DNA from: Flaccisagitta enflata
Lineage: Eukaryota
Direction of reading: 5' to 3'
Assembly (NCBI GenBank): GCA_965153355.1
Contig: OZ231126.1
Span: 38,378,001-38,442,000 of the forward strand
DNA: 64,000 bases
Position 1 is the first letter of the stretch, and each line of letters starts with the position of its first letter. The notes beneath the pieces are model-generated. The model did not search any database. It worked only from the letters and a program-made list of their open reading frames with translations, and was not told the DNA's origin. Position numbers and translations under genes: made by a program. Of this stretch, positions 1-10,626 are shown piece after piece.

Positions 1-10
1 TAATTATGCG

Positions 11-1158
11 ATGTACGAGCATACTTCAGATCCTGATGATTGGGAAAAAGTCCATAAAGGGTTGGAGGCGGCGTTGAAGGAAGCTGGTGTCATGGGTGTG
101 ACGGAGGATTTGGGAGCGTTAAGAGGCGTGGTGTTGCGTCATCTAGCCGCCGACGCATCCGGCAGAGGCGTGGTTAACGGCGACGATCTCTCATGGGACT
201 ACGCCGGCGTGCCTGATCCGACAGCAACGACTTCCGGCGCCCCTGATCCGGCAGCGACGGCTACCGGCGCTTCTCGACCGGCAGCAACGACTTCCGGCGC
301 TTCTCCTCCGACAGCTTTGGCGCTCGGCGTTCCACTTCCGCCCCCGCCGACGTCTCGCGTCCCACTTCCGGCTGCGGCGTCGACGGACGTTCATCCTCCA
401 TCCGCGGCTGCAGACGACGCTCTTCCTCCTGATCCGGCGTCGTCGGCGGCACGTGCATCGGCATCTCCATCGTCCAACGGATCTGTGGAAATGGACTCGT
501 TTAGCGATACATCTACTCTCTGTCCTACACCAGAACCAAGTGCGGCAGTCTCTACTTTCGATATTCCGGATTCACCCCATCCAACGCCATCTCAGTGTCG
601 TACCCCCACCCCACTTCGTCCCCCATCGCGCCCACTGATTTCCTTGAATTAACTCAAACTGCTGCGCGATGTAAATCATAAAAACATCTGATGATTGGCG
701 GCGAAAAATCGCTTGTGTGACCATCCCAGCAACCATCCATGAAGGTTTCACCTTACCTTATGGCGCCTGTTACTCGCGTCGACTTTGCCACGCATACGAC
801 TACGCCGGTAAGGGCACGTTCTCCGTCACCCTGCCGAAGAACTTCCTCCTCCGTGTCTCCCGTCTCCACGTCCTTCCCCGCATCCTCACTCATCCTCCTA
901 CTTCGCATCTTTCCAGCATCCTACTCTCCTACTGCTCCTCATCATGCTCCTCACTCTTCGCCTACTGCTCCTCATCATGCTCCTCTTCCTGCTCCAGCGG
1001 CGCCGATTTTGCCGCCGGTTGCTTCAGCGGCGCCGATTTGCCGCCGGTTGATCCAGCAGCGCCGACCACGACGCACGTCTATTGGCCCCATTCGCTCTCC
1101 ATGGCGCCACCGCCGCACATGCAACTCACGACGATTCTCCACCACCGGAACCGCGTAA
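11..1158 (+). other. Pro/Ser/Ala-rich low-complexity ORFs upstream of the gag core (probable disrupted N-terminal gag extension or extra 5' ORF)
   Basis: ORFs 11-652 and 739-1158 are GC-rich and disordered. They contain ~30-bp repeats (GxPDPxATxx, ~200-310) and 27-bp repeats (SPTAPHHAP, ~920-985). No recognisable domain. Confidence 0.4.
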
Positions 1159-2380
1159 GCCACGCCCTCCAGGCCTAATGGAAGTAGAGGGTGTTGAGCT
1201 TATCCATTCGGACGACGGACATGTTTGCGGCGGTCATCCTGAAACTCATTTGATAGCAAAATTACTGAAATTTGTCAAACCCGAGTTTAAGTCCCAGGAA
1301 AAGATTGATGTCTATTTGAAAAAAAGAAGGAATTAATGAATTGCTTCAAGGCTACTTTTCCATCTGAAACCCTTTACACTTTGGTCAACATCTTCACATT
1401 GCAATGTGATTCTGAGCTTTGTTCTTACATTGAAGAATTAACCGCAAAGAAAAGTTATTTCACTTCTTTTGAAATGTTCCTACGTGAGTTTGAGGAGCAA
1501 GTCTACCCAAATTCACGTCAAGCCGCCTACACGCGCTTTATCAACAGATCAACCCCATCTGATGCCAAAATCGCAGTGGCATGGAAGCAATTCAAAGAAG
1601 ATGCCAGGTTGGTTAATTTGGACCCACTTGAGCACAACATGCTTTTCATTAGGGTATTCGCCATCGTGAGAAGAAAAAGGCGCTTGCAAAAATGGTTATC
1701 CACTAAAGACATGGATGAAGTTTTAGAAGAAGCAGTCTCCTTGGAATCTACTAGTGATATGATGAAATTGTGGGACCAAGAAGAAAAGGAAGGGAAAAGT
1801 AAACAAAAATCAAATGCCAGCAACAATGCTAACATCAATGCCATTACTGCATCGGGGAATGGTAAAGCGGGTAAACAGCAACAACAGCAAGGTCAACAGC
1901 AGCAGCAGCAACAACATCAGCAGCAAAATCAGCAAAATCAGCAGCAGCAGGACCAGTTGACTAAATCTCAAAGAAATAATCAAAAGAGGAAGGAGCAACT
2001 GAAGCTTGGCAAGCAGATGCAGAAACAGATGCAGGAGCAACAACAGCAGCAGCAGCAGCAACAGCAGCAGCGCCCTGCAGCAGCAGGGAGGTGGTAGGGG
2101 TGGAGGAAGAGGAGGAAGAGCGATTAGGGGTAGTGGAGGTGGAGGTGGAAGAGGAGGTGGAAATGCTGGTGGTGGTGGTGGTGGCAAGGATGGTGGTGTG
2201 ACTGTAGCAGCAAATGAAGTGCAGGAAGCAGCTACTAAGCAAAAACAATCAAACCAACCTGTTTCATCTGGATGGACGGGCCACTCTAGCCCAAAATTGA
2301 ATCTTCCGACCACTTTTATCTGCCATGTCCACCAATTCACAAACAACTTGATTCCACCGAACGAAGCTTTGAATAAATGA
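1082..2380 (+). pseudogene. gag: gag (capsid-like core, poly-Q, RGG-rich C-terminus), split over three frames
   Basis: Segments 1082-1336, 1336-2097 and 2006-2380 join across an A-run (~1320) and a CAG repeat (~2080). FTSFEMFLREFEEQVYP resembles retrotransposon capsid helices. RGG boxes follow the poly-Q. Lies immediately upstream of the protease. Confidence 0.7.
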
Positions 2381-5300
2381 CGACGTTCAAATCTCCACGC
2401 CCAATCTGCAAAATTTAAAGTGGAGACAATTTCTAATTCAGAGGAGGTGGGTGAGGTGGTGGTGACAGAGGAGGAGGAGGGGGGAGAGAAGGTGGGGGTG
2501 GACAATTCTAACTCTAATCATCACTCGTCATCTAATTGCCCGACTTTGAACATTTCATCTTCAACAAAAATTGGTGGAAAAAAATACTTTGTCACGGCCT
2601 GTTTGCCTAACTCTAAGCTTTTTACCGCGTTCTGTGACTCTGGGGCTGACGTCAGCGCGGTCAGTCCTAAGATGGTGACTGGTTTACCTTTGAGTTGGAG
2701 GAGCCGTTGGTGGTGAAGGGCTTCGATGGAAATCGCACCACAGCTATCACCCACAAAGTTGAACTCGAATTGAACTTTCACCCTGGGGGGTTGAAAGATT
2801 ACTTCTATGTTTGCGACGTTCCCCACGCTATTATTGGAAACGACATTCTCCAAAATGATGAGCACCATCTATCGCTGGAAACAGGAAAAAAGTTCTTTCA
2901 TATTGGCAGTGACATTATTTTTACCAAATCTTCGCCATTTTTGTCCATTTCTGAATACAAACGTCGGCGTCTCTCATCGGTTTCTAGCTACAGGAGAGCA
3001 TATAAACACCACTGTCATGGTCGAAATTGGGTTAGACTACTCCAGGATTACCGTCTTGAGCCAAATTCAATCACTATAGTGGAGGGGTATGTGGATAATT
3101 ACTTCGCTGACTCGCAAAGTTTCTTAAGTCTTTATGATGGCTCATATCTGAATGCGGCTGACTGTGGTCACATTTACATACCATCTCTTTCCTTCCCAGA
3201 TGGTAGGGAAAAGGCTTCAAATGGTCATGACACCCCGCTATTGATCCCTGTTGCAAATAATCTGACTGAGGCCAAAACTATGTCAACGTTGACTATCTTA
3301 GGTGAAATGGTTCGTCACTCAACTGATTCACAGCAACATGATGCCGAGTGTTATGATTTGAGGGAGTTGTTGGAGGAAATAGAAAGGAGGGAGCTGGTGT
3401 CTGGTGAAGATATGACCTGTAGATATGGTATCACATCCCCTTATGATGTATGCAATATTGACACTGATGAATTTTCAAATGTAAATAACCCTACCACTCC
3501 TACCAACCAACCCAACCAACCTACCACTCCTACCAACCATCCCAACCAACCTACTACCCTACCAACCAACCAAAATTTCACTCCCGCGTTTTCGTCCGAC
3601 ATTGATCATCCTCAATACACCCCTCCCTCCTCACCTGTGCCATTTTCATCACTTGTTGGGAAGAATAAGGTGGGTGATGATGTTCTCGACCGTTGCCGCC
3701 GGGATGGTATAGACTTTGACTTGCAATTGGATGACAAAAATGGACCCGATGTTGAAATGGAGATTCTTGAAGATATCGACATTGAGGCTGAAAGGAAAAA
3801 AGCAGATGATTGTCCTTACTGGAAAGATAAAGATTCTTTTTTTTCTGAATTCAACTTCAAAGATTTGGCCCAAGAGCATTTGGACCCACTCAAAGAACTT
3901 CTATTTTCGTTCCGTCACATTTTTGACTCTTCTGACCCTGCCCAATTCAGGCAGGGGATAAACATGAAACCAATCGAGATAAAGTTGAAACCTGGCATGA
4001 CCCCTAAAAAGCACAAACTTAGGCGTCTCTCGGATGAGAAAATTCGTCACCTCAAAATTCACCTTAAAACGCTTCTCGATCAAGGCGTCATCGCCGAATT
4101 GGACAGCAGCGCCGACGTCTACGCAAGTCCTTTGCATCTTGTCGTCGAACAAAGGTTCGTCAGTTCGCGCAACGCCGTGGTGGAAAAAAGTAGGGTAACT
4201 GCAGACCAGCGCCAATTGAATGCTTGTCTGGCTGACAGCTCCTTTCCGCTTCCAAACTGCAATGAATACCGTGAAAAAGTAGGAAAAATGGGTTACACCA
4301 CCTTTAGTAATTTCGATTGCTCGTCCTTCTTCCACCAGTTTCCGGTCTCAAAGGAAAGTTCTAAGTTGTTAGGCATTCACGCAATTAATAAGATCTATTG
4401 TTACCTTCGCTTATCTCAAGGCCTAAAACTCAGCCCACCTATTGTCCAAAATTTCATCAGCAAGGCCATGCGCTGTCATGAGCGCGTCTTTCCGTTCATT
4501 GATGACTGTTCAGTTGCTTCAGAGAATGTTCAACAGCATCTCTATGAAGATCTTCCCAAATTCTTCGCCCTCTGTTCCTACTATCGGATACTTCTTAAAC
4601 CTAGTAAGGCTGATATGGTCAGGAAATCGACTAGAGTCTTAGGGTTTCAAATTGGTGAATCTCAATTGTCAATATCCAAGGAAAAAGAGGTGAAAATTTC
4701 AGATCTTAAATTCCCGGTCACAAAAGATGAGTGTATCGCTCGCCTAGCCTTTCTGCAATACTTTAATGGCGTGGCGCCAAAGCTCAGTGAGCATTTAGCG
4801 CCATTACGCCGTTTGACTAAGTTAAAGGTAAGGTACACGCCCACTGACTTACACAGGGAGGCTTTTAACAAGGCCATAACTCACCTGCAAGATAAGAAAG
4901 TGAATGTCATTTGTCTTCCGTCTTCTGACCCTTCAGACCAGTTCGTGCTGTGGACAGATGCATCGTCAAATTCAATATCGTGTTTATTGACGCAATATAT
5001 GCTTCCTCCATCGTCTGCACCTGATAATGATGGAAAAAGAAGATTGTATGTGGTAGGGTGTTTTTCTTCAGTCATCAAGGACAGCTGGCTTAATTTTCCA
5101 ATATGGCTGCTCGAGTTGATCAGTCTTTACGAAGCTACTCGCAAATTCCGCCATCTGCTCAGTGCAAAAGCTTTTTGGGTGGTCGTTGATAGCTCTACAG
5201 TGGCTAACTGGGCCAGTCTTGAGGGTATCCCCAAAGACTTGGCCCGTAAGATCCTACACATACAGAAATTTCAGGCTAATATCGTCTTTGTTGAAAGTAG

Positions 5301-7285
5301 ATTGCAAGCTGCAGATCCATTCTCACGCTTAGAATCACTCCCAGCACCATCAGGCACTTACCCAAAATTTTTGAGGGAAAGGATCTACAACGCCCATGGA
5401 CAGAAGGTGCCTTGGCAATCACTCTTTTCCCAACGAAAACACGATGAAATGATCGCCTTTTTTCATCGCCATCGGAGACAGCCGTTATCATACGCCGTCG
5501 ACGGACCGTTGGAAGAGGAGGAGGAGGAGGAGGAGGAGGATGATTATGCTTCTAGACCCGACGGCGAATACACCATTGTCGTCGACGATCTTCCGGCGAC
5601 GCCGCCGGAAGTGACGCCCATCGCCGGCGCCATCGCGGCGATCCACACGTCGATTTGCGCCATATCTCTCGACGACGACAATTTGAATGCTGGAAGAGTG
5701 GAGGAGAATGATGATTCCCTGCCGGATAGTGACGTCATGGACAGTATCAAACTGCCGCGTTTTTCCGGAAGTCGATTGGATTTCGTGCGTCGCCTTCAAG
5801 CCGGCGACGATATTCTTGATCGTTGCCGAGACTTTTTGATGGGAACGACGCCGCTTCCAAACAAGGCTGAGGCTTTGTTATTACCGGCGCCGTTGCAAGA
5901 TTTCCTTCGCCATCGTTCGCTTTTCAAACTGACAGACCAAAACATTTTGATCAGATATTGGTTAAATCCGTTGGGCATCGTTGACCCACTTATTGTGGTG
6001 GGATCTAGAGAATTTTTGAAGCTTGTCGGCGAAACTCATTCATTCAACTCACCATCATCATCCGGTCACATTGGTCAAAGAAAAACCATGGATTCTCTCA
6101 AAAGACAGTACTATTCTTTCAACATGAGGCGGGTGATCAATTCTTACGTCCGTTCATGTCCCCAATGTGTGTTAAACAACCATCCCACCTGTAGGAAGGA
6201 AGACGATGGCAACAAAATCGCGACTGAGCCTTTATCGACCGTTGAAGTGGACGTGTGTGGCCCGTGGAACAATTTCAAGACCACTTCCGGCCGAACGCCA
6301 TCATACTTTGTCGCAATTGACGCGGCGTCTCGATTTGCGTTCACGTCAACGATATATTCGACCTCTGACGCCGAAATTCTTCGTTGTTTTCTCGATATGC
6401 GTCGCCACTTCTCCGGACTACCTTCAAAAATACAATGCGATAACGGGTTGCTGAAAGAAAACTCACGCACAAAACAATTTCTGATTTCGCATCACGTTTC
6501 GATCACACATGGACACGCGTACGTCAGCAGATCACAGTCCCGTGCTGAAAAAACTATCGGCACTATTTCTCGTCTCATCGTCAAATACAGAACCGAGTGT
6601 CCAAAAATTCCTTTTCCCCGTCTGTTAGAGGAATCCACGCTCACCTATAACGCATCTCCATGTGACGCTCTCCCCATGAATCTTTCCCCACGTGATCTCT
6701 TCTATGTGCGTCCTCCAACTTCGTTTCTTCGTTCTGCATCCGACGAGGTCGTCGACGGCGTCTCCAAATCGCTCGTCGACTGCGTCGCTGCTGCACGTGC
6801 CGCCGGCGCCGCGTCTCTCCAAAACGACGTGGCGACAGAAGAAACGATCTCCGACGAACTACACGCGCCGCCTCAAAAGCGGTGATTGCGTCTTAAAGAA
6901 ACGCTCTGTGTGGCCTGTCGGGACGCCGAAGAAATACGGCCACAGAGTGGTTGTGGACGGATTTGTGGTGGAAGAACGAGTCGCCACAAATGCCTTTAAG
7001 GTTCGAAGTGTCGTGACGAGTGAACATCAAATTCTCCCAGGTGACGTGTTGATCAAAACTAAACTCACTGAAGATGAGTTACGTCGCCTCGCGGACTCAA
7101 TGAATGTAAGTTTGGAACTGAGTGAGCCAGAGATTGAGCCAGCTTTAACGCGTTCTCGTGCCAGGGCATTGAATGATGATGCCTCGGTGAATTCCGTCGA
7201 AAAACTTTTCATCCATCATAGTGGAAAAAACAATTATAGTCTCGATTCACTTGTTGATTTTGGAATCTCTGATTTGTGGGTTTAG
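2381..7285 (+). pseudogene. pol: pol polyprotein: aspartic protease, degenerate dUTPase-like segment, reverse transcriptase, RNase H, integrase with SH3-like C-terminal domain
   Basis: PR FCDSGADVSAV...IIGNDIL (frameshift ~2693). RT YASPLHLV, FSNFDCSSFFHQ, LSQGLKLSP, FIDD. RNase H WTDAS/LLEL/VVVD/AADPFSR. IN H..GHIG..CPQC and VDVCGP/CDNG/SRAEKT. The C-terminus continues in ORF 6692-7285 after a frameshift near 6835. Confidence 0.92.
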
Positions 7286-7438
7286 TCTATTTTTCCATAT
7301 GATGATCAATTTTGAGTTTATAGGAAAGATGATTTTTTTATTTTTTTTGTTTTTTTGTATTTTTTTTAAGAAGTACAAAGTAGAAAGAAAATGAATAACC
7401 ATGATCATTTTACCATAAACTCGGATTACCCCTTAAAT

Positions 7439-7822
7439 TTAGATCCACACACTTCTTGCGGGCGCATCGTAGTGACCATTGTTATTTTGATCACGTTCAC
7501 GCATCTCTATAATTTCATCATCTGTAAAATTACGCGGAACACCATTACGGGGTGGTGGTAGTGGTGGGGTGCCGTTGCCTCTGTTCCTAACTCTTTCTCG
7601 CATCATTGAGAGAAAATCTTGACTTAGTCTCAGCAGGCGTTGAGCTAAGTCAGGATTTTTTATCCCAATGATGGCAAGAACGATTATTAGGACAAGGGCC
7701 CCGGCACTAATCAGCACTTCCTCCAACCAGTAAGGGTGCCCTGGGCTATAATGGGCCTGCTCAATTGTAGCATTCTCGGTCGCTGAGGGAGAATGGTTCC
7801 AATAACTCTCATTATAGCTCAT
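7439..7822 (-). CDS. Antisense 127-aa single-pass membrane protein inside the retrotransposon (FAST-like architecture)
   Basis: AAAATG start. ~35-aa N-terminus with sequons NES, NHS and NAT. TM VLISAGALVLIIVLAIIGI, then amphipathic/basic PDLAQRLLRLSQDFLSMMRERVRNR and PPLPPPR. Minus-strand AATAAA at 7342-7337. Confidence 0.7.
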   Translation of the reverse strand: MSYNESYWNHSPSATENATIEQAHYSPGHPYWLEEVLISAGALVLIIVLAIIGIKNPDLAQRLLRLSQDFLSMMRERVRNRGNGTPPLPPPRNGVPRNFTDDEIIEMRERDQNNNGHYDAPARSVWI

Positions 7823-8456
7823 TTTGCACGTGATTTTACAGACAAGTGTGCAGATATAAATTATCTATAGACGGAACAGCGACCACCTACCTTTAAATTT
7901 CTAAAAGAAAAGATTTTTAAACACTCAAACCCCCAAGAGAAACGAAACAAAAGGTGGAAACTAAAATGTTAAAAATGATAAAAACTTGCTTTTGCTGTAA
8001 AGAAATGATTAATCGAGTTATGTCATGTACAGAATTTTTTTATTTGCGATAATTCATTATACGCGGGTACAGTCTCACAAAAACTCTATCTGACTGTATC
8101 TACAATTTAATTGCCTTCTGTCTAAGTGTCTCGGTCTTTCACAAACAATTTTCATGACTGGGACGCTTTATTGTACATATTCGTTAGTAACGAGTCTCTT
8201 ATTCGCGGTGATTCGTTATATCAGTTTCTCACTGTATTCTAGTTTTTCTCTTTTTGACGTTCTTAATGTTGCCCTCACTCACTATGTGTCTGTTATGAAG
8301 CGCGCGCCGATCCTTTTTCTCTCCACTCCTCGGTTGTCCAATTTCGTTATCAGCGCGCCTTTTGTTTCCATCTGATGCATCCGATCCTGATCCTTATTGC
8401 GCAAAACGTCGATTTTGCGCCCATTTTGCGCATAAGTCGCGGGCCTTTTGTTTCCG

Positions 8457-8573
8457 TCAAACTCGATTCCTCCCATCGTCTCGATCGTCGTCGTTGTTTC
8501 TGTCGCGTCGAGGGCCTGGGAATAAAATGTAGTACACATTTTTTTTGAGCGGTGGTCGCTGGATATTTGCGTT

Positions 8574-8632
<59 letters not shown>

Positions 8633-9770
8633 TCTTTCTCTCTTTCTCTCCCTCTCTTCCTCTCTTCTCAATTTTTGGTTGAATTTTCAACGCTTTCTCT
8701 AAATATTATCCATTTTAGTCTCTCCATTTTCTCACGAATTTTAAAAATATTAACTACTGTTTCCCGGCCGGAAATATTTACTCATGTTCTATTTTGTCAA
8801 TGACAAAAATATTATTCTGCACACCTTTTTTTTTCCAAAAATATTACTCAAAAATATTAACCGTATTCACAAATATTATACTATAGTTACATCCGGATTC
8901 CCTTTCTGCGCAATTTTACCCCTCTTTCTCCCCCTCTCTCCCCCCACTCTGCTTTGCGGAAGTCAAAAATCAAGAAAGGGTGCGTTCTTTCGCCTCTGAC
9001 ACGTTCACACTGAGTTCACTTACTGACATAATGGTAGACTTTATGTCGGTTTTCTTCTTCTTCTTCTCTTTCCTTCGAGGTCGCTTGTTTCTTGCATCGT
9101 AATAGTCCTTGGATAATAACCGCCACAACGTTGGTGATAGTGATGCCGATGACGGCCCATGATTGGGTCTCCAGCTCATCTGTCTGTTCGTTGATTTGGT
9201 TATACTCCTTTCCGCACATTAGAGGTGACAGGACCAGATCGCTCCTCTCGAGGCATCGTGAGATGTGGAGCACGTCTTTTCCATTTTTGCCTTTGATGGG
9301 GCTAGGACTGATGATGATGAGACACGTTTTGCCATACTCTGTTGGTAGAGAAGATACAAAAAAAATTAAATTAAATTTCAGAAGTTAGTGTGAACGTTGT
9401 CGCTCCCCTCGGTGACTGTGGCGCCGATCAGATTAAATAATGCATAAAATTTTCTCACCGTATCCAAAATCGCGTATGACGGCTTGTTTCGAATCAAGTT
9501 GGCAATCGGGCTTTTCTGGACGCGTGCTCAACCATTGCACGATGCGTTGATTGAAATCGCCGTTGCTTTCTCCGTCTCGTTGTTGCGGGGTCTGTGAACA
9601 AAATTTTTGCGTTGGCCTTGAATTTTCTTCTTTTCAGCGAAGAAGGAAAGTTAGGGTAGGGTTAGATCACGAATCTGCTGAATTGGTTTTCTCACCTCTG
9701 ATTGGTCCGCTACGCTCCCCGGGAGGAGGAGGACGGAAAGAATGAAGAAGAGGAGGGGGTGATATCTCAT
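8457..9770 (-). CDS. Spliced antisense gene in the retrotransposon: ~193-aa type I membrane protein (signal peptide, 4-Cys ectodomain, TM, charged tail)
   Basis: Exons 9770-9696, 9591-9459, 9338-9024 and 8515-8457. Donors GTGAG, GTGAG, GTAAGT; acceptors ttttgttcacAG, ctaccaacAG, ttttattcccAG. Phases 0/1/1 are all compatible (582 nt). Protein MRYHPLLFFILSVLLLPGSVA...SWAVIGITITNVVAVIIQGLLRCKK...RNRV*. Minus-strand AATAAA at 8172-8167. Confidence 0.75.
9744..9759 (+). promoter_or_regulatory. Polypurine tract (plus-strand primer)
   Basis: GAAGAAGAGGAGGGGG immediately 5' of the TG that starts the LTR. Confidence 0.85.
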
Positions 9771-10218
9771 TTTCACGATTTGTCTGTTGTTCTCTTGTCT
9801 TCCACTCGAGGTGATTGTAACTTGTTTGTCAGTATCTCGTCAGTATCTTGTCAGTACTTGTCACTTTCACTACCACAACACGCACTTTGTTGATTTGAGT
9901 GGTCGAGGTGTTGAGGAGAGGTGAAGTGTTGATTTTTGCTTTCGGAGCGCAGAGTCCAATTTCTTGTACAGAATTTTGCGATTATGATTTTGATTTTGTC
10001 CTTTAACTTTCCGTCGGCGATTGTTATTGTTTTTCATAATGCGGAATGATTGTACTTCAATTTTCGGCGTGCCTCGAATGAAATGAATGACAGTGAATGT
10101 TTGAATCACGTGTTCCTTCGATTGAATGGTATGTTGAGAATTGTGTTCTTATGTTAAGTATGTTTGAATGAATGGTGGTTTTTCATCTCCGTAACACCTG
10201 GAGATTTTCCACATATCA
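9760..10218 (+). repeat. 3' LTR (right boundary tentative)
   Basis: TGATAT...ATATCA 6-bp terminal inverted repeat after the PPT. Three ~11-bp TCAGTA(T)CT(C/T)G repeats at ~9829-9860. A plus-strand AATAAA at 10491 means the LTR could instead extend to ~10571 (..GATCA). The 5' LTR is not in the window to confirm. Confidence 0.65.
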
Positions 10219-10626
10219 AAATTTTTTGATTTTTTTTTAGTTCCGTTCTTTTCTAAATTTTTCTAAGAATTTAGTTTTTAAACGTAACAATATTAGTCGA
10301 GGTCCGAGCTTTTTGTTTTCTAGACATTATCTTCACCTATCCTAAATAGATTGAGGATGATCTCTAGATAGCGTTGGCCGAGTCATGAACCGCTCGGTTC
10401 TGACCTTTGATATTATTATTATTATCAAATTCTCTCTGCCTCTCGCTTTTTGCATTGCTCGACTGCGATCCAATTTTCTCTTCAGTCTGGAATAAAGCCT
10501 CTTTCTTTTAGCTCAATTTCTTTCTCTTTCTCTCTCAATTAATGATAATTAAGAAGCTCAGAAATTGATCAAGGACAGATCTTTAGCCAGGACGGATGAT
10601 CATCATCCGGATGATCATTCGTTACT

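Larger units (their letters stand above)
1..10218 (+). mobile_element. Ty3/Gypsy-like LTR retrotransposon, 5' end outside window, gag-pol disrupted by frameshifts, long 3' accessory region
   Basis: Domain order gag-PR-RT-RNaseH-IN (Gypsy order) in ORFs 1082-7285. Purine tract 9744-9759 directly followed by TGATAT, with the inverted match ATATCA ending at 10218. Confidence 0.9.

Noticed and set aside
8021-8160. TGTCATG...CATGAC as an alternative LTR
   Set aside because: No purine tract precedes it. The PPT plus TGATAT..ATATCA at 9744-10218 fits much better.
7286-9759. Conventional sense-strand env gene
   Set aside because: No long plus-strand ORF, furin site/fusion peptide or TM anchor. Coding signal is confined to the minus strand.
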